Below the pieces are notes generated by a model. It was not told the DNA's origin. It searched no databases and was given only the letters and a program-made list of their open reading frames with translations. From Octopus bimaculoides (Eukaryota): a stretch of DNA of 64,000 bases. The stretch is taken from positions 130,944,842-131,008,841 of the forward strand of contig NC_068984.1 of the NCBI RefSeq assembly GCF_001194135.2, written 5' to 3'. This document shows positions 14,647 through 27,575 of this stretch, piece by piece. Numbering within the stretch: position 1 is the stretch's first letter; the number at the start of each line of letters is the position of its first letter. The position numbers and the translations under genes were made by a program.

Positions 14647-14864
14647 CAAGGGAGTGCTAAAAAGTTTCTGGCTTTAGGGGAAAGAAAATACTGGAGGATC
14701 AGTTAACTATGATTTTATACAACATATTCCCCTATCAGATGCACTTACTTATTGCAGCAGTCTGTCAGTTTTTCTAAGCTCTTTAAAAAGTACTTGGAAG
14801 GTTGGTCCTCTAGCCAGGCCTTTCATGACACCCTTAAAACCAGGAACTTATCAACACCCTCTCG
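14647..14864. mobile_element. Tc1/mariner MITE nested in a SINE
   Basis: Degenerate ~30-bp TIRs (CAAGGGAGTGCTAAAAAGTTTCTGG / CGAGAGGGTGTTGATAAGTTCCTGG); TA on both sides; host SINE continues across it. Confidence 0.75.
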
Positions 14865-15821
14865 TACATACTGAGCTTAAATTTCACCAAGGTTGATTTT
14901 ACCTTTCACCCTTTCAATGTTGATAAAATAAGTACCAGTTGAGTACAAGGGTCGATATAATCAACTGTCTCCCTCCCCACCAAAATTTCATACCTTGGGC
15001 CTAGAGTAGAAAGGGTTGTTATCTATCCCAAAGGTGGTGAACTGATAGAATCTTTAACACACCAGATAAAATACTTAGTGGCATTTCTTCTGGGTTGATG
15101 AAATAAGTGCCAACTAGCTCCTTATCCAAAATTTCAGGCCTTGTACCTATAATAGAAAGACTTATTACCTGTTCTTACTGCCTTCTGTATTTCTTATTTC
15201 TCCCCTTTACTTTTCAATACTCTATCTTCTATCCTTCCTCTTTTTTTCTAACTTGATCCATTGAATCGGGATAAATTACCCCAAGTAGGGTAAAAATGAA
15301 ATTCTTGAGGGTAATGAGGACTCATTAGACATAAGTAGAATTATATAAAATATGTGTTCCTTGTTGTGGCAGAAATTTTTCTTCTAGCAACACCACATCT
15401 GTATAATGTAATAGACATGTAAATAGATTCAATAAAACTTTTGACTTCAAAGAATCTATGATTTCTTCATTTCAAGTCTATGGTGTAAATAAATATATTT
15501 TGGGGTAATTGGTTAAAAAAGTTCCCTGACCCCTGGACTATATTATTCAATGTCTTTTTTATAAGAGGTGGGTAGATTTGGTTGATATTGCTCACAGGTG
15601 AAACAACCATATAGAGGGTTCCCTGTTAGCCCATGTTATTAATACTATTTCCATGTGGTTGCTCAATCTGTTAAAAATAGCTGCTAAATGCCCTCTAAAT
15701 ATGAAAATATACAAAAAAGAAAACAGAAAGGACACATTAGACAATGTAGCTTCTGATATCCATCGTTTTGTATATTAGGGACTATGACAAGTAGTCATGG
15801 CTGGAATGCTTTTGATCATAG

Positions 15822-16243
15822 TGTAGTGACCTCTTATAGCAGACGACTGTTATATGTTCAATGTCCGGAGTTTTATTCACGCATGCGCAGGGACTAGTTC
15901 CGGAAGGAATACAGGAAGAGTCTCATGCACATGCGTAGAGTTCGACACCCAGCTTTGGCGCCTTTTCTCAGTCTCTTCGTTGACTGATCTCCATCGAGCG
16001 AAGACGTCCAACAGAGCTCTCTCACATGTCAGCACCAGAGCTTCACAAATAACCACGGAAATCATTCAGAAGGCGTCTCAGTAACCGAGGGCGACGAGCT
16101 ACCGAATTCCCTCCAAGCGTGAACTGAATTCCACTGTAAATAAATATTGTTATGTTGTTCAGAATCTGCGTTCCGTTGTTTCTTCTAGAAATTTAATGTA
16201 CGGAAGCGGTGTACACCTAATGGTATATAACCAGTTCCCTACA
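15822..16243 (+). mobile_element. Solo LTR (422 bp), Ty3/gypsy-like
   Basis: TGTAG...CTACA termini; ATAG duplicated at 15818-15821 and 16244-16247; AATAAA at 16139-16144; CpG-rich; splits a host repeat whose halves rejoin (compare 40905-40975). Confidence 0.85.
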
Positions 16244-17371
16244 ATAGCTTTGCTTGATGGGGGATGACCTGAGCTAAAGAACAACAATAACAACATAAAA
16301 AGATTAAAGGCAGAACTGACTGCTGCAGGATTTGAGTTCAGAATGCAAAGAGGTGTAACTAAATATCAAACCCTGTGACCTTCAGTAATAACAATAATAA
16401 AATAATAATAATGATGTCAATAAGCATAAAATGGTTATAATTACTTAATTTTGCTCCAAATTAAAGTATCGGTACATATTAGTGCATAAATTACTGCCCA
16501 ATATTGAGCTATTGCTTAATCTTTGTATTTCCTAAAAAGCAAAGCTCATTTTCCTTTTATCTCCTTCATCAAGAATAGAAATATGTCAAAAGATTTTAAG
16601 ATCAATAGTTTCTTGCATATTATTTATTGTTGATTGAGTCAATTCAATACAGATGTTACATACAAAAGAAAAAATCTTTATTGTAATAAACGAAAATAGC
16701 AGCAATGATTGTAAATTGGTAAAGTGTTAGACAACATACCTTGTGGTATTTAGCTATGTCCCTTTATATTGTGGTTTCAAATTCTGCTAGGGCTGATAAA
16801 ATAAGTCAACTACTGGGGTCAATATAATTGATTGTTCTATTATCAATAATCTGAGTCCAGTAGCATATGCCAGATGAAAGTGCATTACCTAATGTTTAGG
16901 GTGTTGCACTCACAAACATAATATTGTGGTTTCAATTCCTAGACTGGGCAGCGCATTGTATTCTTGATCAAAACACTTCATTTCTCATTGCTCCAGTCCA
17001 CTCAACTGTAAATGAACACCAGCACCAGCTGGAATGTTAACCTTGTGACAGACCAGTATCCATTTCAGAAAGGGGAGTTGTAATCTCATCATGGAAATTA
17101 GGTCAAACTCTGGTTTTATAAGTCCGAGGTATCTTGATAGACCTATGAATATGTTAAAAATCAGTAAAGCTTTTAGACTTTCCCTATTAATTTCATCGTC
17201 TTTTGAATTATGAACATATTTACATCATAAGGGTTTTTCCATTGTAAGGTTTTCTTTTTTAGTTGATTTTCACCTAGCAAGACTTATCGTAGTTGGCGTA
17301 ATAAGTCACACCCGGACAACGTCGGGTTATACTGCTAGTCAATAATAAATTGTATCTGTTAGTTTATTCTA

Positions 17372-17610
17372 CGGGGTGTTCAAAAAGTTTCTCCGCAGTA
17401 AGTATTTTTCATTGCAAAATAAATATTTATAAGATGGTATAAGACTACAAAAAGAATATATTAGACTTTACAAGACTTTAAAAATAAACTTTATAAGAGG
17501 TGTTGAAAGTGTCATCCTTCATATTCAATACATAAGTTGACTCTTCTACACATGTTTTGAAATACATCTTGGGAAAAAATTCACTGCGGAGAGACTTTTT
17601 GAACACTCTG
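17372..17610. mobile_element. Tc1/mariner MITE (239 bp)
   Basis: 28-bp TIRs CGGGGTGTTCAAAAAGTTTCTCCGCAGT with 3 mismatches; TA at 17370-17371 and 17611-17612. Confidence 0.85.
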
Positions 17611-19240
17611 TATGATTTTACCCAGAGACATAATTTCCATTAAAGAAAGGATTGACAGTAAAATAACAAATGTTATTGCCAAGAATATGGTACTGGTTAG
17701 TCCAAGAGTAGCATATTATTGCTAATAATAATTAAAAAGACAAATCTGTGTTGAATGTCTTCTGGCATGGCTGTGCAATAAGGAGTTAGTTTGCTTCAGA
17801 ACCACATGGTTCTGGGTTCACTTCCACTGAGTGGTACCTTGAGTAAGTGTTTCTACTATAGCCTTCAGGCTGACCAAAGCCTTGTGAGAGGATTTGATAG
17901 ATGGAAATTGAAAGAAACCCATCATGTGTGTGTATCCACCTCTCTATATATATGTGTGAGTGTCTTTGTGCATGTCTCCTTACCTCTTTGACAACTGGTT
18001 TTGGTTTGTTTACATCCCTGCTGGTTTAGCAAAGAGACATACAGAATTAGTACCAGGCTTTAAAAAATAAGTACTGGGTATTAAGGCAGTGCCCCAGCAT
18101 GGCCACAGCCCAGTGACTGAAACAAGTACAATATAAAAGATATGATTAAATAGATATAAAATTTTTGGCAGTTGATAATGTCTGCTACTGTTACTATTAC
18201 TGCTGCTATAATGGTTTCTTAATTTACAAGCAACTATTATGTCAATAAAACATTTAAAAAAAGAAAAAAAACCTGATAAGCAAATGGCTCAATCAGGAAT
18301 TGAAATTTTACTATAAATAAAATAAGGAAAATGTCTGAAGGACATTCAACAGCTTCAATTTCATGCGACACCACATAACGTTGGGAAGTAATAATTGCCT
18401 TACCCATTAAACCAACAGTTTAGCTGCTTAACCATACAATCAGTTGTGCAGAACATTTATAATGAATGTGTAACTTGTCACTCTACTAGTTATGTATACA
18501 ATGGTATAGTAACCCTGAAAATTGTAATTAGTCATTATGAAATTCCACTGCTTGTTCTCCAGTTGCAAATTAACAATTACTAGATTATTGCACACTTACA
18601 GCAGTAACTCAGATATCATGTATAGCAATTACTACCAGCTTTTAACAGAACAGTTAACAAAAACTATTTCTTTTTTAATATGTCATAGTTTTGTTGAGTC
18701 ACATCTTGTCTCGTCGGTTGAGTGCTTGCATACTAAGCTGAAAAGTTGACAGTTCATATCTCATCATCTGCTAAACAGTCTCTAGGTCCATCATAGAAGG
18801 AATGGCTTCTTTTTCCTTCACATTTTTCTATTGCTTTTTTTTTTTTTTGCTCTTCTTATTTTTGTGGTGATGGTCATGATGGAAATTAAAGCAAACTGAA
18901 TCAGTGACATACATTTAAATATCTGATCCTCGCATCATGAGTAGCAAGTTCCATCTAATCTAATCTATTCTAATCTAATGCTCTAGGGAACAGCACAAAT
19001 ATTGCAATATTCCAAAGTCTCTTTTCATCAATCTGAAACTCATTTTCAAATGATTGTATTATATCAATATATTCATTTGAAACATCATTAGATTAAATTA
19101 GTGATGTGAATAACATTTATAATGCTGTGACACTGGTCTGTCTGAGAGACTGGTGTGTATTTTAACATACAAGTCTCTTTAGGAAGTTTCTCTGAGACAA
19201 AATATTACAGCTTTGTTTTTCCATCCTCTTAAGTATATGA

Positions 19241-19623
19241 GTGGAGGTGCAATGGCCCAGTAGTTAGAGCAGCGGACTCGCGGTCATAGGATCACGGTTT
19301 CGATTCCCAGACCGGGCGTTGTGAGTGTTTATTGAGCGAAAACACCTAAAGCTCCACAAGGCTCCGGCAGGGTATGGTGGCGAACCCTGCTGTACTCTTC
19401 CACCACAACTTTCTCTCACTCTTCCCGTTTCTGTTGTGCCTGTAATTCAAAGGGTCAGCCTTGTCACACTGTGTCACACTGAATATCCCCAAGAACTACG
19501 TTAATGGTACACGTATCTGTGGAGTGCTCAGCCACTTGCACATTAATTTCACGAGCAGGCTGTTTTGTTGATCGGATCAACTGGAACCCTCGACGTCGTA
19601 AGCGATGGAGTGCCAACAACAAT
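19241..19623 (+). mobile_element. Young tRNA-derived SINE (family C), full length
   Basis: Same family as 13496-13885; 10-bp TSD AAGTATATGA. Confidence 0.85.
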
Positions 19624-19828
19624 AAGTATATGAACTGAGATCAGTTCANNNNNNNNNNNNNNNNNNNNNNNNNNNNNNNNNNNNNNNNNNNNNNNNNNNN
19701 NNNNNNNNNNNNNNNNNNNNNNNNNNNNNNNNNNNNNNNNNNNNNNNNNNNNNNNNNNNNNNNNNNNNNNNNNNNNNNNNNNNNNNNNNNNNNNNNNNNN
19801 NNNNNNNNNNNNNNNNNNNNNNNNNNNG

Positions 19829-19969
19829 CAATTATCCCATAAACCATGGTGGAAAGCCAATTTTTTCATCTCCGAACCCATTCTATTTGGGACTTGGGAT
19901 GGTGTTTTTACGTCCTGTCTTATCAACTTACTTGGAGTTGTTATCTTTCTGCGAATGGGATGGATTGTG
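19829..19969 (+). CDS. SLC12A8: SLC12A8-like cation-chloride cotransporter, first visible coding exon ([47 protein letters not shown]); 5' edge abuts a gap
   Basis: Translation matches the SLC12A8 motif PWWK...[30 protein letters not shown]; GT donor at 19970 (gtaaga); the acceptor is probably in gap 19649-19827. Confidence 0.9.
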
Positions 19970-21136
19970 GTAAGATTGGTTTCTTTACTTCTATAAATTT
20001 GTCACATCTCTCAGGTACAAATGTGGATGTGTATTTAAGAAGTTCACTTCACAACCACTTGTTTTCAGGTTTCATCTCACTGCTTGGTACCTTGGACAAG
20101 TATTTATTTTCTTCTGTAGCCTCATGAGTGTAATTTAGTACATGGAAACTGTACTAAAGCCTATCGTATGTGTGTGTATGTTTGTGTGTGCATACATGTG
20201 TTGGTATTTTGTGTGTTCATATTAACACCAATCTAAAAAAAACCCAGTGTTGTTGTTTCTATGGTCCCTTTTATGTCCCTTAACTTTGCAGTTCAATAAA
20301 ATGCAATCAATATGATAAGAACCTGACCAACGACTATAACCAGTATAAAAAAATAAAAGAAAAATTAATGACAGCTAAACAACATGACACATGAGAATGA
20401 TCTCTCTATTCATAATGGTTGTAGTTAGTCTTTTCTTATGATACTACAATGTATTGTCAATCTATAATCAGATCTATCTTACATTAAGAGGTATGGGATG
20501 TTGGAAAGGAGCAATGTTTTGGTAGGGTTCTTGCTAATTCCTTCTCAGGACAGCTTGTGGCGTGGAGAGGGGAGACCAGTATGCATGGGTGACTGCTGGT
20601 CTTCTATAAACAACCTTGCCTGGACTTGTGCCTCGGAGGGTAACTTTCTAGGTGCAATCCCATGGTCAGTCATGACCGAAGGGGGTCTCAGCATACCTCA
20701 TCTGTCAAGGAGATTAGACAGGCATCCTGTCTTGAGAGAGATTTATCTTTCATTAGCTTAAATGCCATGAAACCTAAACTACAAGCTTGGGAGGTTTTCA
20801 CATTCTTTACATTATAATTCTTTTTTTCTACTATAGGCACAAAGCTTGAAATTTTGATAGAAGGGAAAAAATCAATTTACACTGACCCCAGTATTCAACT
20901 GGTCTTTATTTTATTGACCCTGAAAGAATGAAAGGCAAAATCAACCTTGGCAGTATTTGAATTCAAAATGTAAAAAACTGGAAGAAATGCTACTGAGCAT
21001 TTTGTCCAACATACTAATGATTCTCCCAACTCACTGCCTTTCTTTACATTGTAATGTATTGTAAGATAATTTGAGTTGAATACAAATAGTCTATCATGAC
21101 TGAAGTACACAGAATAATTTCCCAAATACTTTAGTC

Positions 21137-21433
21137 CAGGGGGTTTTCAAACTTTTTGACTTGCGGACCCCTTTATATTTCAGGCTTTACCTTAGGGACC
21201 CCCTTATAAACACTTATGAAATTTATACATAAATATTTGCTTAAAATAACATATATTTTTACATTTGTTTATTTAACAGTATTTAACAAATAGGCTTATT
21301 GTCAATTAAAAAATTTCGATTAAAAACCATATATAAAATCAAATTGCCCATAAAAAGTATTTGCTGTTCACGGACCCCTGTCTTGTCCTTGTGGACCCCC
21401 TGTGGTCCACGGACCACAGTTTGAAAACCACTG
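21137..21433. mobile_element. hAT (Charlie-like) MITE (297 bp)
   Basis: TIR CAG(G/T)GG..TTTTCAAACT; perfect 8-bp TSD CTTTAGTC. Confidence 0.88.
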
Positions 21434-22974
21434 CTTTAGTCAATAGACAAACAGTTTTTGCTACTTTGCTTTTTCATAACGCCAGGATCAATCCCATTTG
21501 ACAAAAATTAAACAGAACTTGCATAATTATCTCATCGTTTTAACTCTGACACTTTGTTCAGCTGTAGCATGATTTATAACTATCATTAATCATTTGTTAA
21601 TCAGAACAGCACTGTTCAAACTCATGTAACCATTTAATATCAATATCTATTTGATGACAGGGAAGTCTCAAAAATGATTGAACAATGGACTTAAAATGTC
21701 TTGCAGTATTTAATTTTGTCTTTATATTCAGTTTAAATCCTGTTGCCATTGACTTTGTCTTTCATTCTTTTGAGATAAAATAAATGCCAGGTGATTACTT
21801 GGATCAATTTAAATTGATTATACTCCTCCCTTACCAATCTGTGGTCTTTGTTGGTACTTCCCTATTATTGACAGTCAATTTCAGACTTACTAAAGGATTA
21901 ACAAATAAGAAATCAACTATTACAGGTGTAATAGTTGATCAATGACTTTCAGAATAGGTATCACTACATTAAATTTTTACTGGTACTTTTCTCCATGAGG
22001 TAATGATAACTATTATTCTGAAAGTCTGCCAATCATCTATTACACCCATCTCACAAGTGTAATAGTTTATTAATCCTTTAATAAAAAGAAAACAATTGGC
22101 TGTCAATAATAGGAAAGTACCCTTTTGTCAATGTGTTAAACCAATACATGTTACTTTGTAGTATTAACCCTATAACCAAGAAAATCAATCACATTAAATG
22201 TATGTCTGAAAAAATGGAATTATAATTGTTTTTTTCCCTGTGCACTACTATCCTGTCTGATGGTAGCTTTTATGGCTTTATGAATATTATTTATTCAGAA
22301 CCAGAACTGAAATGGTTAAAACCTTCTCAATGACTAAAATGTATATTAAATATTTCTGTGATGTCTCAGTTGGGAATATGAGTTATTATACAACCATGAT
22401 GATTATGATGATGACTGTATAATACAAAGACACATAGGAATAATTTTCTCCTCTTAATCATCTCCTTTGACACAAAATTATGGATTTTAAGAGTAAAATA
22501 TAAGTCCAGTAACATGGAGTCACCCATACATACATACATACATACATACATTCCTTCTGGAATAAAATATGTACCAGTAATATGCCTGACTCAAAATATT
22601 TGATTATACACACTCTCTCATAAAACTGAGCAAAGGAAACAATTTGTTTCCTGTGTTTTTATTGCCTTTCAATTTCAACATGAATAGATTAGTTATTGTA
22701 TTAACAATTGCTAATATTCATAGGACTTTTGTTATTTCTAACCACTCGTGAAATTTATGCAAAACCTGTTATGCTTTAGTCAAACACTCTGCATAAGGAT
22801 GCAAGTCAACAACTGCAGTACAACAGGGACTCACTAGTTCAGTACTAGTTCACAGTCATATACATCACATTATTATTATTAGCTGTAAGGCTAAGATGCT
22901 AAACAATTGACCATATAGTCAGAAGTTCAAATCTTACTACTGCTATTGTGTTGTACTGTTATTCATCATTATTA

Positions 22975-23440
22975 TCATCATCATCATTTAACGTCCGCTT
23001 TCCATGCTAGCATAGGTTGGATGATTTGACTGAGGACTGGTGAACCAGATGGCTACACCAGGCTCCAATCTGATTTGGCAGAGTTTCTACAGCTGGATGC
23101 CCTTCCTAACGCCAACCACTCCGAGAGTGTAGCGGATGCTTTTACGTGCCACCGGCATGAAGGCCAGTCAGGCAGTACTGGCAACGGCCATGCTCAAAAT
23201 GGTGTATTTTACGTGCCACCTGCACAGGAGCCAGTCCAGCGGCACAGGCAACGATCTCGCTCGAATGTCTTGCACGTGTCACCGGCACAAGTGCCAGGAA
23301 GGCGACGCTGGGCACAGGTGCCATCACGGTTTCACTTTCACTTGCCCCAACAGGTCTTCGCAAGCCAAATTTGCTTGCCCCAACAGGTCTTCGCAAGTCG
23401 AGTTTGCTTGCTCCAACAGGTCTTCGCAAGCTGTGGTTTT
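22975..23440 (-). mobile_element. Family A repeat with an internal 33-bp tandem expansion
   Basis: Homology to 6061-6420; three 33-bp units at 23341-23430. Confidence 0.75.
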
Positions 23441-23717
23441 ACCACAATTTGCTTGACTGAATAAAGAAGAAAAGGTTTTGTTTTTACTTCCATACTTCAG
23501 TGGACATAGGTAACAAGAATATCTTGCAGTAAACACATTTGTTTCTAGAAACCTATTAGCCCATACATGTATACATTCAAAAAGATATGCCAAACAGTGA
23601 ACAAAAAGTGTGGGATTATCATCTTAATTTTTCTCTTTATTTTTAATTCTGTCTTTCAGAAATAAAATATGACCTCATTGGAATGAAAATTGTAATAAAA
23701 AAATTTCTTTCTTTCAG

Positions 23718-23909
23718 GGCAACACTGGGATTTGGTTGGCTATTGTAGTTATTTTATTTTCATCGGGAGTTGTTTTAATTGTGTCCCTGAGTGCCATTGG
23801 AGTATGTGAGCGATGTAAGATGGATGGTGGAGGAGTCTACTTCCTCATCTCACATGTACTTGGAGGCAGAATTGGTGGCAGCGTTGGTGTAATGTATTGC
23901 TTCTCGCAG
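23718..23909 (+). CDS. SLC12A8: SLC12A8 exon (GNTGIWLAIVVILFSSGVVLIVSLSAIGVCERCKMDGGGVYFLISHVLGGRIGGSVGVMYCFSQ)
   Basis: tttcag acceptor, gtaatt donor, 192 nt phase 0-0; CCC-family GGVYxxISxxLG motif. Confidence 0.95.
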
Positions 23910-25597
23910 GTAATTATCATTTTGAATTTCTATTTTGGATAGAATTTTTTTTCAGTTCATGAGGTAACAATTCTTAAAGGGAGAAACTACAACAAACTTA
24001 GAGGGAGTCAATTGGTATGCTAGAAATAACTGCCAAATCTTCATGGTCAATCAATGTGCTAGAAATAGCAACCAAATTTCTGTCAAATTATACCTTACTA
24101 TTTTGAAAAGCGAAAAACATTGAATAATTCAGTCTTAGATATACCATGCTCAAGAGAATGATGGAATGTTAATAGTTGGTACAATTTTGATAATAGATTT
24201 GAATCTCATATAGAGATTCCAACTACCTATTGTAAAAATTGTAGTTTATGAACAATGGAATAATTATATTCAACTTTGATTAAATATTTTCATGGGACAT
24301 GTAGGAAGCATTTCTTTTCTGTATTAACTTTGAAAGAAGTGAAGGCATGTGGCTTAATGGTTAGGGTATCCAGCTCACAATTATAAGGTTGTGAGTTCAA
24401 CTCTCAGTGGTTCATTGTGTCCTTAAACAAGGTGCTTTATTTCATGTTGCTCCTGTCCACTCAGCTGGTAAAAATGAGTAGTACCTGTATTTCAAAAGGC
24501 CAGACTTGTCACATTCTGTGTCTCATTGAATCTCCCTGGAGCAGGTTGTTCCATTGATTGGATCAGCTGGAATCCTCATTGTCATAACCAATGGAGTACC
24601 AACTTTGAAAGAAATATATCATCATTGTTTCATTACCAAAGACTGAAATTTTGGATCCCCATATTTTACATTCCTGACTATCATGTACATTGATTACTTT
24701 CCAGGCATCCATTTAATCCTAGTTAGAGGGCTCATAAACTAAAAGCAGTTTTATATATANNNNNNNNNNNNNNNNNNNNNNNNNNNNNNNNNNNNNNNNN
24801 NNNNNNNNNNNNNNNNNNNNNNNNNNNNNNNNNNNNNNNNNNNNNNNNNNNNNNNNNNNNNNNNNNNNNNNNNNNNNNNNNNNNNNNNNNNNNNNNNNNN
24901 NNNNNNNNNNNNNNNNNNNNNNNNNNNNNNNNNNNNNNNNNNNNNNNNNNNNNNNNNNNNNNNNNNNNNNNNNNNNNNNNNNNNNNNNNNNNNNNNNNNN
25001 NNNNNNNNNNNNNNNNNNNNNNNNNNNNNNNNNNNNNNNNNNNNNNNNNNNNNNNNNNNNNNNNNNNNNNNNNNNNNNNNNNNNNNNNNNNNNNNNNNNN
25101 NNNNNNNNNNNNNNNNNNNNNNNNNNNNATATATATATATATAAATGGAACAAAAACGTAATAGAGGGGATTAAAACGTTCAGACAGATAGACAACACAA
25201 AGACAGACAAGAGAAACAACAATTAGAAGGAGAGGCAAAGAAGATGGGTCATTCTTGGCTTTCTTTCTTCGGTCAAGTACCAGAAGTCATGACCATTTCA
25301 GACAGTTACACTTGAGATGGTTTGATCTGGTTGTCCCCCAAAACGTCTAAGCTAAGAGTATTAGACACCTTTGTAAGAAAGGTAGCAAATGTGTACGGCA
25401 ACAAAGACAAAAAAACAAACAAACAAAAAACAAAACGGAGAACATGGTACAGAATTACGAATACAAACAACAAGAAATAACAACAGGCGTCATGCCATAT
25501 AATAAAGAAAATATTGTAAATAAGAGATGTCAAACATCTCTACACTCTATGTAGAGAATATGTGGTAGAAAATTATCAATTAATAACTCTATTACAG

Positions 25598-25715
25598 GCT
25601 GCTGGTTGCTCCTTATCAGTAATGGGTTTTGGAGAATCCATTATGGGTCTAATGGAAGACTCTAATCCATGGATTGCACGAGGGATTGCTACTGCTGTTG
25701 TGCTGCTGCTTTTAG
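25598..25715 (+). CDS. SLC12A8: SLC12A8 exon (AAGCSLSVMGFGESIMGLMEDSNPWIARGIATAVVLLLL-G)
   Basis: ttacag acceptor, gtaagc donor, 118 nt phase 0-1; resembles vertebrate GFAESI...WAVRGISVAVLL. Confidence 0.92.
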
Positions 25716-26415
25716 GTAAGCAATGTTATTTTATATAAATTATCTCATGCATTGTGGCTGTCTGTGTATGTAATAATCAGTAAGTAGTGCAGTTTTGTAC
25801 TCATAAAGCATTATGTGCCTCAAATGCTCTTTGGATACTTCAATGTTAGAAAAGGTTTTAATCAAAGAAATTTTAATTCTATTATTCTGTAAAATAATAT
25901 TTGATTAGTTTAAATGTACACAAATGCATAAAAATAATTTTTAATTCCATTAGACATTCTAAAATACTATTAAATTTCATTCAATTTTAAAAAAGGTAAA
26001 ATCGGACAGAACTTATGGGATGACCTGATATATTTTTATAGCAAATATAACTGTATTCGTGTGTGTGTGTGTGTGTGTGTGTGNNNNNNNNNNNNNNNNN
26101 NNNNNNNNNNNNNNNNNNNNNNNNNNNNNNNNNNNNNNNNNNNNNNNNNNNNNNNNNNNNNNNNNNNNNNNNNNNNNNNNNNNNNNNNNNNNNNNNNNNN
26201 NNNNNNNNNNNNNNNNNNNNNNNNNNNNNNNNNNNNNNNNNNNNNNNNNNNNNNNNNNNNNNNNNNNNNTATATATATATATATATATATATATGCATGT
26301 ATTTATGACCAGAAAAATAAATATTGCTCTTAAAAGAGGAGTGTGAAGAAAAAACCCTATAATTAAAGCCATATATCTACCTATATCTACCTCTTTCTCT
26401 TTTTGTCACCAATAG

Positions 26416-26529
26416 GTATTAATGTAGCAGGTGTTAAATGGGTGATTCGAGTTCAGTTGGTGTTGCTGGTTATTATTTTCCTATCAGTGATGGATTTCTT
26501 AGTTGGATCCTTTGTCCACACAGATCCAG
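26416..26529 (+). CDS. SLC12A8: SLC12A8 exon (G-INVAGVKWVIRVQLVLLVIIFLSVMDFLVGSFVHTDP)
   Basis: aatag acceptor, gtaata donor, 114 nt phase 1-1; GINxAGVKW motif. Confidence 0.93.
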
Positions 26530-27075
26530 GTAATACTAAATGTTTTAATTCTCATTTACCATCCTTACCCTCAAAATTGTTAGCCTTGTGTCTATGTTAG
26601 AAGCAATTTAGACATGGCAAAATGGAAAAATTGTTGGCGCATTAGAAAAAAAAAACCTTGTAGTATTTCTTCTGGTTCTTTATATTCTGATTCCAAATCC
26701 TGTTGATCCTTCAATAAAATATGATACCAGTGTAGGATAGGGGTTGATGATATCAACTTAGTTTCTTCACTTAAAATTGTTGGCCTTGTGTCTATGTTAC
26801 AAACAATTATTATTAAGGTAGTGGTGGATTGGCAGAATTGTTAAAGCATCAGACAAAATGCTTTGTAGTATTTTTCTTCAGCTCTTTGCATTCTCATTTC
26901 AAATCCTACCAAGGTTGGCTTTTCCTTTCACCTATTTCTCTGGTGTCAATAAAATCTACTGGGTTAATTATCCTTTTGAGGTCAATGAAGTAATGAACGA
27001 GTGAAGTGCTGGAGTCAATGGTATTGACTAACCCTTCCCTTCAAAATTGTTGATCTTGTTCCTAAATTAGAAACA

Positions 27076-27078
<3 letters not shown>

Positions 27079-27117
<39 letters not shown>

Positions 27118-27575
27118 CAATATTAGTATACAATATCGTGAAGTTGTTGATTGAAGATATTGTGTCTACCAGGGGTTTGTACTGTCTGTCAAGTCACAAC
27201 AAGGACCTCAAACAGATGGTACTTTACGCAATATGTGTGCAGTTCCAAGTAAAGGCGAGGTTTGCAATACTCCTAGGTTGTAGGGTATTACTAAAGTTTT
27301 AAGATGCTTTTTCAGATTGGATGGTATTGAACCCAATGCTCCAATGACAATAGGGATAACCTTTATGTTTGACTCTCGTAGCTGCCACATCTTAGCGATC
27401 TCAATTCTCAGGTCTCCATATTCATCAATCTTTTCTCTTTCCTTCATGATGATTGATCTCCTGGCACTGCCACATCAATTATTAGGCACTCTTGTTTGTC
27501 CCTCCTAAAGGTTACTATATCCAGCCTTCAACGCTCTAATACCTTGTCTGTCTGGAAGTCAAAGTCCCAGAGGAT
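27079..27575 (-). mobile_element. 5'-truncated R4/Dong-like non-LTR retrotransposon (restriction-like endonuclease end)
   Basis: ILWDFDFQTDKVLER*RLDIV...LIIDVAVPGDQ / MKEREKIDEYGDL...VIPIVIGALG...LGTAHILRKV; one stop, one frameshift, (TAA)n tail. Confidence 0.85.

Noticed and set aside
15854-16084. 76-aa and 62-aa ORFs in the GC-rich island
   Set aside because: Both lie inside the solo LTR and show no recognisable domain.
23341-23430. CRISPR-like repeat-spacer look
   Set aside because: Eukaryotic intron, only three units, 9-nt spacers that resemble each other, no cas genes.
23075-23464. ORFs over family-A repeats (also 6133-6474, 38451-38663, 49213-49617, 52710-52949)
   Set aside because: The same peptide fragments recur wherever the repeat occurs; non-coding repeat sequence.
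25267-25301. CTGAAAT-GGTCA...TGACC-GAAG on - strand
   Set aside because: Stem II is good but both core segments are mutated and there is no stem III or stem I; a non-functional vestige at best.
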